DNA of 64,000 bases from an uncultured archaeon (GTDB lineage Archaea > Asgardarchaeota > Thorarchaeia > Thorarchaeales > Thorarchaeaceae): the NCBI GenBank assembly GCA_964558645.1, contig CAZLEV010000002.1:192001-256000 (forward strand), in the 5' to 3' direction. The translations under genes and the position numbers were made by a program. Positions within the stretch are counted from its first letter, which is position 1; every line of letters begins with the position of its first letter. Below, one piece after another: positions 48,452 through 58,517 of the stretch. The notes below the pieces were generated by a model. The model was not told the origin of the DNA and made no database searches. It saw nothing but the letters and a program-made list of their open reading frames with translations.

Positions 48452-50020
48452 TTGGCCGATATGAGTATCATCAGCAAGACTGTTCTTCTGCTTGGCGCAT
48501 CGGGATCAATGGGATTCGAGGCATTCAGAGAGCTCTGGGCAAGAAGGGTGGAGGACAGACGACGTCGTTACAAGATAGTCCTCTTGCTTCGTCCGTCTAA
48601 GAAGAACAAGAGACTCTTTGCACCGTTTGAAGAAGAATGTGGCATCGAGAGTATCGGCGGTAGAGGATGTGTTGAGGGAGGTGGGCTTCGTATAGTCTGG
48701 GGAGATGCTACAGCGTATCCCGATATGCTTGAGGCTGTCCGTGACGTTGATTGGATACTCTGTCCGATGGCGTTCATCTCTCCTGCTGCGGATCATGACC
48801 CTGAGACCTCACAAGCAGTCAACACAACTGCCATCCAGTATATTATTGATGCGATCTATGAGCATGGGGGGCAGGACCATGTGAAGCTTGTCTACATCGG
48901 GTCAGTTGCCGAAACCGGTGACCGTTTGCAAGAGATTCATATGGGACGCGTCGGAGACCCACTGAAACCAAGTGTATTCGATTTCTATGCAACCTGTAAG
49001 ATTGCTGGCGAGAGAGCTGTCATCGAGTCAGGACTGAAATACTGGGTGTCTTTGCGTCAGACCTACATTGCGATACCCAACCCAATGAGTCTGATGGATC
49101 CTATCATGTTCCACCAGCCGATAGACACGTGCATCGAGCTGAACACCAGCAGGGACGCAGGGCGAGGGCTGGTGAATTGCCTTGATGTCCCTGATGACTC
49201 AGACTTCTGGCGTCGAGTCTATAATATGGGAGGAGGGCCAACATGTCGCATTGTCTACCACGACTACTTGCGAGATATGTTCAACCTCTTGGGGCTGGGT
49301 GATTTCAGAGAGATACTGGAGAGACGTTGGTTTGCACTGAGGAACTTCCACTGCCACTATTTCGAAGACAGTGACGTCCTGGATGAGTATATACACAACT
49401 GGGGCGACTCTATTGAGGACTATTACCAGCAAGTCCTGAACAACCTCCCTCTGTCTGTCAGGTTGGCCAGATGGTCCGCCAACATACCGGGACTGAGAGA
49501 GATGGTTAAGTGGGCTGCACGAAGAAGGATGAAGGATATGGTCTCACGGAAAGATGGGACGCTCTATTGGTACGAGCAGGACATGGTACAGAGGATTATT
49601 GCATTCTATGGTTCATTCGAGGCATACGAGAGGATTGGAGATTGGAATTCACCAGACATGCCGAACCTGAATCCTGAGTGGAAGAGACTGCATCACGGAT
49701 ATGATGAGTCAAAAGAAACGCTTGAGATAGAAGACCTGCAGGGAGCTGCTGAGTTTCGAGGAGGGTTTCTTCTCTCGGCCGCGTGGAGCGGGAGCATGTA
49801 TGAGAAACTCGAATGGAGATGTGCCTTTGCACACAGGTTTGAGGCAAGCCCGTACTTGGTTCTCAAGACCGGGCACTGGTGTCCCCAGTGTGCTCCTCCA
49901 CCATGGGACTACGGCAAAATCGCGGAAGTCAATCCGTTCTTCGCACAGATATGGTACTCCAATCACTCAAGAGAGGAACGAAACTTCTATCCAGCAGATT
50001 GTTACAAGGACGTACTCTAG
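48452..50020 (+). CDS. NAD-dependent epimerase/dehydratase (SDR) with C-terminal zinc finger
   Basis: GASGSMG, YATCK (YxxxK), WRCAFAH...WCPQC. Confidence 0.88.
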   Translation: MADMSIISKTVLLLGASGSMGFEAFRELWARRVEDRRRRYKIVLLLRPSKKNKRLFAPFEEECGIESIGGRGCVEGGGLRIVWGDATAYPDMLEAVRDVDWILCPMAFISPAADHDPETSQAVNTTAIQYIIDAIYEHGGQDHVKLVYIGSVAETGDRLQEIHMGRVGDPLKPSVFDFYATCKIAGERAVIESGLKYWVSLRQTYIAIPNPMSLMDPIMFHQPIDTCIELNTSRDAGRGLVNCLDVPDDSDFWRRVYNMGGGPTCRIVYHDYLRDMFNLLGLGDFREILERRWFALRNFHCHYFEDSDVLDEYIHNWGDSIEDYYQQVLNNLPLSVRLARWSANIPGLREMVKWAARRRMKDMVSRKDGTLYWYEQDMVQRIIAFYGSFEAYERIGDWNSPDMPNLNPEWKRLHHGYDESKETLEIEDLQGAAEFRGGFLLSAAWSGSMYEKLEWRCAFAHRFEASPYLVLKTGHWCPQCAPPPWDYGKIAEVNPFFAQIWYSNHSREERNFYPADCYKDVL

Positions 50021-50276
50021 TCATTTCTTATGAAGTAATCTGAAAGAATGTTCTGTGGTAACTAGAGCTCTGTGTTCGAAAGCAGGTATTAGTAGGACTA
50101 TGCACACATACTTAACGATTTGAAACGCAAAAAGGGGAGATGCGAAATCATGCTATCATCAAATTCCAGAGAATGCGGAACTTGTTTCTGTGTGTTGCCA
50201 CTCTTCCTGCTGTGAATCGCAGGTCTTGTCGCTGGAACGCAGAAGTATCTTACAGGGGAGGTTCACCAAATTGTAA

Positions 50277-50644
50277 GAAACAGATTATCAGGAACTTACT
50301 AAGACGAAAATCATCGAGATAGGTAGATGTCACTCCAAGATAACATTGGAAGAACTTAGTCGGCTCACAGGAAGCCGGTCGACAGGGTGCGAAACATCGT
50401 ATGCAATCCGATTTCAAGTGGAAACCTGAGTGGAACGATAGAAGGAATGACATTCATCCGTGACACTGCCGCTCCCGCAACGAAGACTGTTAAACGCGAG
50501 ATTATGGTGACTCGCAAGGTTCGGGAGAACTGCTTCAAGTGCAGAGCGAGCATCAATCCGCAAGAAGTCGAATGGATTGGGCCAGACACGGTAAGATGTT
50601 CACACTGCAGGGCAATACTATCTGTAAGAACCAAGAAACTGTGA
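50277..50644 (+). pseudogene. Decayed PCI-like winged helix + zinc-ribbon gene
   Basis: KITLEELSRLTG, frameshift near 50372, KPVDRVRNIV..ISSGNLSGTIEG, then CFKC...CSHC; upstream TAA and no start. Confidence 0.55.
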
Positions 50645-50852
50645 TTGCCAGATCATCTGTGGTTTTAGATACTGTCCCACATCATCTGACGGTACCATAC
50701 GTATCAAAGACAGTTCCTTACTATCAGTTCCAAAAGACTCGTCGGTCGGACGGGTTCACAGGAGATTAGCCTTCCAAAAAGATGGTTACATTGGAACACG
50801 CGTTCCAAATGGCAGTAGCAATAGAACCGGGATGCTTCGCTTAGGATGGGTA

Positions 50853-52193
50853 TTACTGAGGGGCGCTCTGCTGAAGAGGAGATTCTAACTCAGATGGCCC
50901 CTTAGATTTCGATGCCATTTGCTGATTTGCCCGATCCTCCAAGTTCCGTGCTGCTGGTGCAAGCATAACCGCCGCACTCAGTACCGCGGTCACAACACCA
51001 GAGATTAGAAACCAGAGGGGTACGCCAAAGGCATCAGCAAATGGGCCTGCAAATGCAAGACCCACGGGCGACATTGCAGATGCACCACTTACGATGAGCG
51101 CAAAGACACGCCCTTGCATGTCGGCGGGAATAGTAATCTGAAGGAGAGCAAGGATCAGTCCATTGAATATGGGAATCATGAATCCGACTAAGAAGAGCAT
51201 CAATACAGCAAAGTGGAGATAGTCGGGTGGCGTGAGGCCGACAAGGACGGTCCCGACTCCCTCAATTACGAGAGCAAAGAGTGCTACTCGCATCTTCCGA
51301 CTTGGGCCACCCCAGATCGTGAGGAGTACTCCTCCGAGAACCATTCCTAAGGAGCTGGCGGACTGGAGAAGAGCGAGTGTGACCTCATCACCTCCGAAAT
51401 GAACGGTGCTAAGAATCGGTATAAGAGAGAAGGCTGGAGTCGATACCAGGTTCAATACCATTGCGAGAGCAAGAATCAGAATTGCCCCTGGCCAACCGCG
51501 TAGAAATCTCAAGCCTTCGACCATGTCCTTCAACGGATTACTCCCCGCCTCCATCGTTTCCTGTGGGGGTTTTGGGATGCGAATGAAAGCCAAGGACGAC
51601 ACAGCAGCCGCTGCAGTTAGGACATCAACTAGCAGGAGCTGATGCATGGGCAGGATGACAAATAGGAGAGCTGCAACGGGCGGGGCCAGCACGTTGGCGA
51701 GGCCATTCAGAGCCTGATTCATGCCGCCAACACGTGGAAGCTGATCCTCGGGAACAAGCATTGTTGTCGATGCTTGCATCGCTGGCCAATGAAAGGAACC
51801 CAGTACTGACCCGAGCAGTATGACAGCATACATATGCCATATCTGAACAATGCCAGGCAGAGCGAAGGAATTCAGATAGAACAGAAGTGCCAAACCTCCC
51901 GTGAGAACTGCAGTGAGCGAGTCTGCCACAATCATGACATGCCTACGATCCCATCTGTCGACCAGAGAGCCAGCAAAGGGAGTAATAGCAACCTGTGGAG
52001 CGACGGCTGCTATTGATGCTATTGCAAGAACCGTTGCAGACCCGGTCTCCAGAGTAAGCCACCAAACGATAACGAAACGGACCAGACGGCTACCGAAAAG
52101 CGAAAACGCCTGTCCCACCCACATGGTAGCAAATGGTTTCATCGATGCTGGGCGATGGATCTCACGCCCCGCAGGTGATTGCGTTTCGTTCAT
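50853..52193 (-). CDS. MFS transporter (MefA-like efflux)
   Basis: About 12 TM, GSLVDRWDRR motif A, MQGRV. Confidence 0.92.
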   Translation of the reverse strand: MNETQSPAGREIHRPASMKPFATMWVGQAFSLFGSRLVRFVIVWWLTLETGSATVLAIASIAAVAPQVAITPFAGSLVDRWDRRHVMIVADSLTAVLTGGLALLFYLNSFALPGIVQIWHMYAVILLGSVLGSFHWPAMQASTTMLVPEDQLPRVGGMNQALNGLANVLAPPVAALLFVILPMHQLLLVDVLTAAAAVSSLAFIRIPKPPQETMEAGSNPLKDMVEGLRFLRGWPGAILILALAMVLNLVSTPAFSLIPILSTVHFGGDEVTLALLQSASSLGMVLGGVLLTIWGGPSRKMRVALFALVIEGVGTVLVGLTPPDYLHFAVLMLFLVGFMIPIFNGLILALLQITIPADMQGRVFALIVSGASAMSPVGLAFAGPFADAFGVPLWFLISGVVTAVLSAAVMLAPAARNLEDRANQQMASKSKGPSELESPLQQSAPQ

Positions 52194-52440
52194 TATCAGG
52201 TCACGCTATGAAGGTGTGCGCTCGGAAGAGAGTTATAAGAGGTAGGTAACTAGCAAATGAAACCAATGCAAGAATCACCAAAGAGCACCCATCGCTAGGT
52301 TTCAATCAAGTGGCTCTGACGGGATTGAGCCGATGCTGGCATCGGTACGAATTCCAGTCCTGTCTGAGAGAAGCCCTGAAGAGTGCCGGTAACACAAATG
52401 CCTTTGATATGTGGTTGAAGCAGAAACTAGAGTGCTCCAA

Positions 52441-53067
52441 ATGGAAGGACCTGCAGTTCATCTCGCAGCAAGACAACTCAGTGTACTCGAGGGGCAGACC
52501 ATCCAAGAGGTACGTGGGAATACCCCTAGGCCCCTTGTTCGCCTACAAGGCGAGGAAATTGAAAAGGTACGAGCCATTGGAAATCGTCTCTTCATTGATA
52601 CAACTGGTCCATCCATGGTGACTGACTTCAGTATGGACGGTAGCTACAGTATCAACAATGATCAGGTAGACCCAGAGGAACTGGTCATCAGCTGTTCAAG
52701 AGACACGTTCAGTGTTTCCATCGACAACGTCAATGTATTGGATCCAGACAGCGATGAATACAGAGAACACAATCACCCGAGTCGCGATGTGCTGTCTGAA
52801 GATTTCGATAGAAAACGAGCCCTCAACGCGATGAGCAGCGATAACCGGGTTATCGCAGATGTACTGCTTGACCAAGACATATTCGGAGGTGTCGGGAGTA
52901 TCATACGGAACGAGACACTGCATGCGAGCAAGATTGACCCGAAGACTATATCTTCAAGCATTCCAAGAAGGAAAGCAGAGGAACTAGTTTCGCAGGTTAT
53001 CGAATTCGCGAACGGCTGGCTGGAGATAAAGACCAAGAGTGAGATTCTCCACCGCGTTCAGTTGTGA
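52441..53067 (+). CDS. Fpg/Nei-family H2TH protein, degenerate
   Basis: MEGPAVH N-terminus, LLDQDIFGGVGSIIRNETL H2TH; no zinc finger. Confidence 0.8.
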   Translation: MEGPAVHLAARQLSVLEGQTIQEVRGNTPRPLVRLQGEEIEKVRAIGNRLFIDTTGPSMVTDFSMDGSYSINNDQVDPEELVISCSRDTFSVSIDNVNVLDPDSDEYREHNHPSRDVLSEDFDRKRALNAMSSDNRVIADVLLDQDIFGGVGSIIRNETLHASKIDPKTISSSIPRRKAEELVSQVIEFANGWLEIKTKSEILHRVQL

Positions 53068-53160
53068 CTCCTTTAATGCTCTGTTCAAACAAGGATTCCG
53101 ATGATTAGCTACAGAATCATAGTCTGAGCCGAGGTAATCGGTGCTCGCGTTTCGGCCCTA

Positions 53161-54081
53161 TCACATCTTGGTAAAGAGCCATTCTATGAGACCTGTACCC
53201 TCTGCATCGCTACCGAGTAGCTTGTGTATTGCCATCTCTTCAAAGAGCTCAGTACGACCTCGGCCAAATTCCCGTTCAAATCGGACGAAAGAAGTCGGAG
53301 AAATGACCTTGGATTTGAATCTGTACTCATCATCGGTCTCAGTGATGACCGTGGTGAGGGCCCCAACTGGCATTCTGACTGGATCATCTACGAATTGAGT
53401 CTCGACATCCACAGATCTGACCTGAGCATATCCGTCCTTGGTTGAGAGTCCTCCAGACGGGTGGGCCTCTCCGTCCACAATGTCACGACGAAGACCAATA
53501 GAGAAATCGGGAAACTGAGCATGAAATGCATACCAACTATCTATGTGCCAATCACGAGCCCCCCAACTCTTGTCACGCTGCCCCAATCCGTTCAGTTGAA
53601 GGGTTCGTCCGTCTTCGATGTTGATAATCCCGGTGACCCGCCCCGATTGCTCGAAATGGCCGGCCCACGAAGTGCCACTCCCTCGCCCGAAGTCGAATGG
53701 CGGAAAACGGCCCTTCCATCGAATGTCTGCCTCCAGCGTGGGCCCCGTGAAGTTGATGGACCAATCACTCAAGGGTTTGTTCATCTTGAAGGACAGGTTC
53801 CCATCATCTAGAGCCTCCCCCATTTCGTCGGGAACAGAGCCCTCGGGCTCCATGAAATACACCTCTCGCCTGTCATCATAGAAGAGAGCAAATACAAACT
53901 CTCGTTTGTCCACGTTGGGTAGCAGCCCGATGGTTGTGAATCCGGATACCCCAGAGTCAGAATCCACCCAATTGAAGTAATAGCTCTCTCGCCAGTCTGG
54001 TCTCTCTCCAACCTTGTGCAGGTATTCGGCACTTGAATCGAGTTCAGTCATCTTTGGAGTTCTCCGATGTCGATTGTTCAC
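53161..54081 (-). CDS. Hypothetical protein, AttH/tocopherol-cyclase-like beta fold
   Basis: WRESYYF, HFEQSG, GQRDKSWGARDW. Confidence 0.75.
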   Translation of the reverse strand: MNNRHRRTPKMTELDSSAEYLHKVGERPDWRESYYFNWVDSDSGVSGFTTIGLLPNVDKREFVFALFYDDRREVYFMEPEGSVPDEMGEALDDGNLSFKMNKPLSDWSINFTGPTLEADIRWKGRFPPFDFGRGSGTSWAGHFEQSGRVTGIINIEDGRTLQLNGLGQRDKSWGARDWHIDSWYAFHAQFPDFSIGLRRDIVDGEAHPSGGLSTKDGYAQVRSVDVETQFVDDPVRMPVGALTTVITETDDEYRFKSKVISPTSFVRFEREFGRGRTELFEEMAIHKLLGSDAEGTGLIEWLFTKM

Positions 54082-55235
54082 TCAGGCAGCAGGTAGAATG
54101 TCGGGTCAGACTCCATCTCATCGTCGAGCCTGAACAGTCGAATGAAGGCAGGATCGGCCTCTTCGTCCATGAAGAACGGCACATGTTCTTCAATCACATC
54201 TGATGAGAGTTTCCAGTCTACTTTGTTGGTGATACCCACTCTGTCGGTGAATCGTTTGAATCCGCGCCAGTAGACCTCAGCACCAGCAATCAACAGCCTT
54301 CGTTTATCCCACTCAGCGAACTTCATGTATAACTCAGCTTGGGCCGCATCAGCTGCCTCAGCATACGCAGGGAGCTCGTCAAGTCCAAGACGTACCACCT
54401 TGTCGCCCTTCTTTGTGTACGCACCGATTCCCGTAACATACTTGGAGTAGTCACCTGGCTCAATAGTCATCGTTCCTATGTCATTGAATTTTGCATCCAC
54501 ACCCTTGATAGTCATTGCAACTCCAAGGGACGAGGTGGGCAGTTTTGCCTCAGTATCTGACCAAGGCATCCAGAGATCGCCCTGACCGTCATGCATGTTT
54601 GTGTATTCTGAGAAGACAAGAATCTCATCCTCGTTCACAGAGTAGGGCCCATGATCGATGATTTTCGCCCTTGCTTCACACTCGTCCAGGAAGGCATACA
54701 AGTCCACAGAACCCATTATTCGACGCGTCTTTTTGACCTGATCTTCTGAAACGGGTTCCATGATGCTCATCAACCAATCAACGGTCTCATTATCCATTGC
54801 ACGGTTGACTGCTCCCGATGCTGCGATGGTCGGCTCACCCGAGTTGAAGTAATTCGTTGCCAAACGGTACCAGTTTTCCAACATGTACTTCCATTGCTCT
54901 TGACGCTCAGCTGGCTCTTGTGACGGGTCACCATCCAGTTTATTGAAGATAACGCCCATCCTTGCCAATGCGTAGTATAGCCAGAGGTAGCTGATGGATA
55001 GACCATGTACCTCGGATAGCAGCGTCTTGCTCTGCTGCGCAAGCTCCTCGGGGGATATCCGCTCCCAGACCTGACTCGTGACATCATAGAGTCGTTCATA
55101 GGTCTGATAGAAACCGACACAGATGTATTCATTGACCGGAAAGAGCTCCGATTCAAGCAGTCCCCGTTCAACAAGAATGTCGGAGAATACACCGGATAGA
55201 TGTGCAATGAGTTTGTTGATTTCTCTGGTTTTCAA
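54078..55235 (-). CDS. Hypothetical protein, candidate substrate-binding subunit of the neighbouring PEP-utilising module
   Basis: Long clean ORF with ELFPV and DHGPY motifs; role inferred from context only. Confidence 0.7.
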   Translation of the reverse strand: MKTREINKLIAHLSGVFSDILVERGLLESELFPVNEYICVGFYQTYERLYDVTSQVWERISPEELAQQSKTLLSEVHGLSISYLWLYYALARMGVIFNKLDGDPSQEPAERQEQWKYMLENWYRLATNYFNSGEPTIAASGAVNRAMDNETVDWLMSIMEPVSEDQVKKTRRIMGSVDLYAFLDECEARAKIIDHGPYSVNEDEILVFSEYTNMHDGQGDLWMPWSDTEAKLPTSSLGVAMTIKGVDAKFNDIGTMTIEPGDYSKYVTGIGAYTKKGDKVVRLGLDELPAYAEAADAAQAELYMKFAEWDKRRLLIAGAEVYWRGFKRFTDRVGITNKVDWKLSSDVIEEHVPFFMDEEADPAFIRLFRLDDEMESDPTFYLLPE

Positions 55236-55436
55236 GTGGATTCTACTCCTCTCTTGAGAAATCTGTCGAATGGTGGGTACGTATTAAAGATATCAGGAGA
55301 AGTGATGCGATGATTCGGCATCTTCTGATATCCGTGAAGACAATTGGGTAATCAACGACAAACACCGAACTGATGTTCATCATTCTTTTAAGATTCGCAT
55401 GGTGCGTAGTGAAAACCATTTGAGAGCGTTCCCATA

Positions 55437-55787
55437 TTGAAGAGAATTGGAAAAGGTCTAATCACATTGAAGTTGGAAGCCACTGGTGAACTCAGAGTAA
55501 TCGAGTCCATCCAAGATGTAATTAGCCTCTGGAAAGAAGGGGCGGAAGGAAAGATTGCCTTGGTCGAAGATGCGGGAACAACAACACTAGGCCCTATCAT
55601 GCCCAAGCTTGCAGGGGTCGTCTGCAGCTCTGGCGCACTTGGTTCACACCTAGCTATAGTAACGCGGGAATTTGAGATACCTGCACTTATGGGAACCACT
55701 CTTGAGACCGCTGAGAACCTAGATAGAAGATCTGTCACTATCCGCCCAGACGATAACGGCGCCGGACTCCTATTACTCAACGATTAG
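55437..55787 (+). CDS. Stand-alone PEP-utilising enzyme mobile (phospho-His) domain
   Basis: GALGSHLAIVTREFEIPALMG. Confidence 0.9.
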   Translation: MKRIGKGLITLKLEATGELRVIESIQDVISLWKEGAEGKIALVEDAGTTTLGPIMPKLAGVVCSSGALGSHLAIVTREFEIPALMGTTLETAENLDRRSVTIRPDDNGAGLLLLND

Positions 55788-55805
55788 AGGTGGGGATAGG
55801 TCAGT

Positions 55806-56789
55806 ATGACGGAGAGTCGAAATCTGAAGTTCTTAGACCAAATAGACCCGAATGAATCAGAAGGATACGGCGGGAAGACCTCGGGTCTTGCAAGGTTAAC
55901 CAGACAAGGCTTTCGGGTCCCTAAGGGATTTGCTGTTCCATGCGTCTATTTTCAGGACCTGCTCACAGTGAGACCTATGATTGGGCAAGCTCTAAGCAAC
56001 ATTAATGCGTCTACTGAACCGGAAGAGATTCTTCATGCATCGGCACTGATCAGAGATGCCCTCCAGGACTACACCCTCCCTGAGCACCTACAGAGAGAAA
56101 TCGAAGAGGCCTTCTCGAAGCTTGAGTGTGAATGCCTTGGAGCTCACGGTTACGCGGTGAGATCGTCAGCTAACATTGAAGACACAAGTACCGTTTCTTT
56201 CGCGGGACAGGCGACTACATCCCTCTGTGTTCCCGATCTCGAATCCGTCTTGACCTCGATAAGAGAGACTTGGTTTTCTCTCCTTTCGCTTGAGGGGCTG
56301 CTCTATCTGAAGGCGAAGAAAATCCGGATTGAAGATGTGCGCATGGGTGTTATTGTGCAGGAGATGGCAGCGGCAGATGTGTCAGGGGTTATGTTCACTG
56401 AAGATATCGTTGAGTCAAGGCCCGACAGAGTATTGATAGACTCGAGCTGGGGGCTTGGAGAAATGATTGTAGCGGGAAAGATTACGCCGGACAGCTTCGT
56501 CGTGCAGAAAGACCCACTTCATATCCTTCGGAGAAGATTGGGGTCGAAGAAGTTCATCGCAACGCCCAGTACAGGATCTGATCTGGACGGCTTCGCGGTC
56601 GCTGAAACATCAACCCAGAAGAGAGCAGAACTCTCGCTCGACGATGAACAGGTCCTGCAGATTGCAAGGACTGGATTGGAGGTTGAGGAGAAGATGGGGA
56701 CACCACAAGACATAGAGTGGTGTTTAGATGACAAAGGCATCATTCTTCTTCAGGCACGACCGATCACCACGCTCCAAAGCAGGTCCTAG
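55806..56789 (+). CDS. Stand-alone PEP/pyruvate-binding ATP-grasp domain (PPDK_N / PEP synthase N-terminal)
   Basis: GGK, VPKGF, AVRSSA..ED...SFAGQ, WGLGE, PQDIEW, LQARPIT. Confidence 0.93.
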   Translation: MTESRNLKFLDQIDPNESEGYGGKTSGLARLTRQGFRVPKGFAVPCVYFQDLLTVRPMIGQALSNINASTEPEEILHASALIRDALQDYTLPEHLQREIEEAFSKLECECLGAHGYAVRSSANIEDTSTVSFAGQATTSLCVPDLESVLTSIRETWFSLLSLEGLLYLKAKKIRIEDVRMGVIVQEMAAADVSGVMFTEDIVESRPDRVLIDSSWGLGEMIVAGKITPDSFVVQKDPLHILRRRLGSKKFIATPSTGSDLDGFAVAETSTQKRAELSLDDEQVLQIARTGLEVEEKMGTPQDIEWCLDDKGIILLQARPITTLQSRS

Positions 56790-57022
56790 AACATGTTGAT
56801 GCAGATTGTCAGCGGCTTGATGAGCACAACATCATGCAGCAATCTCCCGGGTTATTCTTGACTCGCATGATTCAGGGCAAACTGAGGACGTTGCATGGGT
56901 CTCGGGTAGACCGCATTCTGGCCTGAGCCGCATCCCGTGCATTCATTTCGATGTCGTACAGCAAGCGATGTCAGTGCAGCATTATGCGCTTGACAGCTGA
57001 CCTAAATTGCAGAGAGAGCCGA

Positions 57023-57310
57023 TTATGGGGCCCTAAGGATACGCAGTGACTGACCGGGCTCGACAGCGATTGCGTCTTCGGGACAGGCGTCGACACATTT
57101 CATGCAGCCCATACACATGGAGGGCCATACCGGTGTAATCTTCCATCTCTCTGGGTTCCACGGGTCGGGATGTTCCTCCAATGTCGGATGCATGAGAAAC
57201 ACTGCTGGATCGCATACATACAGGCATTTCCTGCACTCACGAGGGTCTTGAGGGGCACCTGGGCCACATTTCGAGTAATCAATCGCGATCTTAGTCTTCT
57301 TCACCTTCAT
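57023..57310 (-). CDS. 4Fe-4S ferredoxin
   Basis: CRKC...C and CMGCMKCVDACP. Confidence 0.88.
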   Translation of the reverse strand: MKVKKTKIAIDYSKCGPGAPQDPRECRKCLYVCDPAVFLMHPTLEEHPDPWNPERWKITPVWPSMCMGCMKCVDACPEDAIAVEPGQSLRILRAP

Positions 57311-57315
57311 GCCTC

Positions 57316-58185
57316 CTAGTAGTTTCCCGCCTGACCCGGGACCTCCTCACGTGGAACCAGTTCGAGGGCATCATAATTGCATGCGTGTCTGCAGACACCA
57401 CAGCCGAAACACTTGTCCAAATCAACGACGACTCTTCCAACTGAAGGCAGGTACCTTAGGGCGTTGAACTGACACATGCTAACACACTGCTGACAGCCCT
57501 GACAATTATCTTGGTTGATGTTGATGACATACTCTGCCTTGTAAACGGTCTTCAGGCCGAAGTCGTTTCGGAGGCGGAGACCGCCACATTCAGGACTCTC
57601 ACAGGAACAGATTGCGTTGATGTACGGTATTGGCTGGAACCAAACAGAGGCCACGTATCCCTTCTTGTTCTGCCGTTCGAGGGCCTCAATTGCCTCTTCG
57701 CGGTCAAGACGATACTTGGTGTTTTCAGGGATATATCTCGGGAGTTTCTCGATGATGCCAGACAACTGACCAAAGTTGATACAGACAGCATCCTTTACAC
57801 CGCGTTGCATCCATCTGCACAGGCAGTAGTTCTTGATGATTGGCTCCGCAGCAAGGTTCCCGAGTATATGCTGGGCATCCTCAAGAGGAATCACCTGACC
57901 AAAGTGCCCGTCTGCTCGCTTCGGGACCCGAGCGTGACTCTCACTGTGTATCTGACGTTCTGCAGCTGCGCGCAAAACGCGTCCGATGATAGGCATCTGC
58001 ATCTTGTAGCCAAGACCAACCGAACTGAAGCCCATGACCTTTCGAATAAACAGCGTTTCCATGTTCTGCCACTGTTCTTCCAAGTATTCCCGCATGTTGT
58101 ATTCATCGGCTAGTTCGTCAGAATAGAGGCGAGCGTTGTTGTACCACTTACCGCCTTCTCCGTGCTTCATACACCATTCACACAA
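57316..58185 (-). CDS. 4Fe-4S dicluster domain protein
   Basis: MCEWC.KHG, CLCR, ICSC; CQGCQQC...CQF and CFGCGVC...C. Confidence 0.9.
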   Translation of the reverse strand: MCEWCMKHGEGGKWYNNARLYSDELADEYNMREYLEEQWQNMETLFIRKVMGFSSVGLGYKMQMPIIGRVLRAAAERQIHSESHARVPKRADGHFGQVIPLEDAQHILGNLAAEPIIKNYCLCRWMQRGVKDAVCINFGQLSGIIEKLPRYIPENTKYRLDREEAIEALERQNKKGYVASVWFQPIPYINAICSCESPECGGLRLRNDFGLKTVYKAEYVININQDNCQGCQQCVSMCQFNALRYLPSVGRVVVDLDKCFGCGVCRHACNYDALELVPREEVPGQAGNY

Positions 58186-58330
58186 TTTGATTCACCGTGC
58201 CTGCTGAAGTACGACCATCAGAATTGCAGTATTTAAGACATGATGGCATATGGAGTGGTTACATCGTCACTAAGCTAAGTACTCCCACCTCCTTTGGAAC
58301 CTGTCTAACAGCACGGCGTCATGCCTTAGC

Positions 58331-58517
58331 GTTCATTGTATGTTGGACAAACTTGAACACCAGAGAGTTGTCCCCCTCAGCTAACGGCACTGGGTGGTTT
58401 CTGTCGTGGTCAGTGATACCGTGTGAGTGACCAGCCCTCAGTCATGGGCTGGAGGATATAGACTCCTACGCCGAAATGTCCAACTTCGTCCACGTTTTCA
58501 GTAGCTGTTGGTGTACC
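58331..58517 (+). repeat. Non-coding dispersed element, copy 3 (187 bp)
   Basis: GTTCATTGTATGTTGGACAAAC...AGAGAGTTGTCCCC...GGGCTGGAGGATATAGACTCC...ACGTTTTCAGTAGCTGTTGGTGTACC. Confidence 0.9.
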
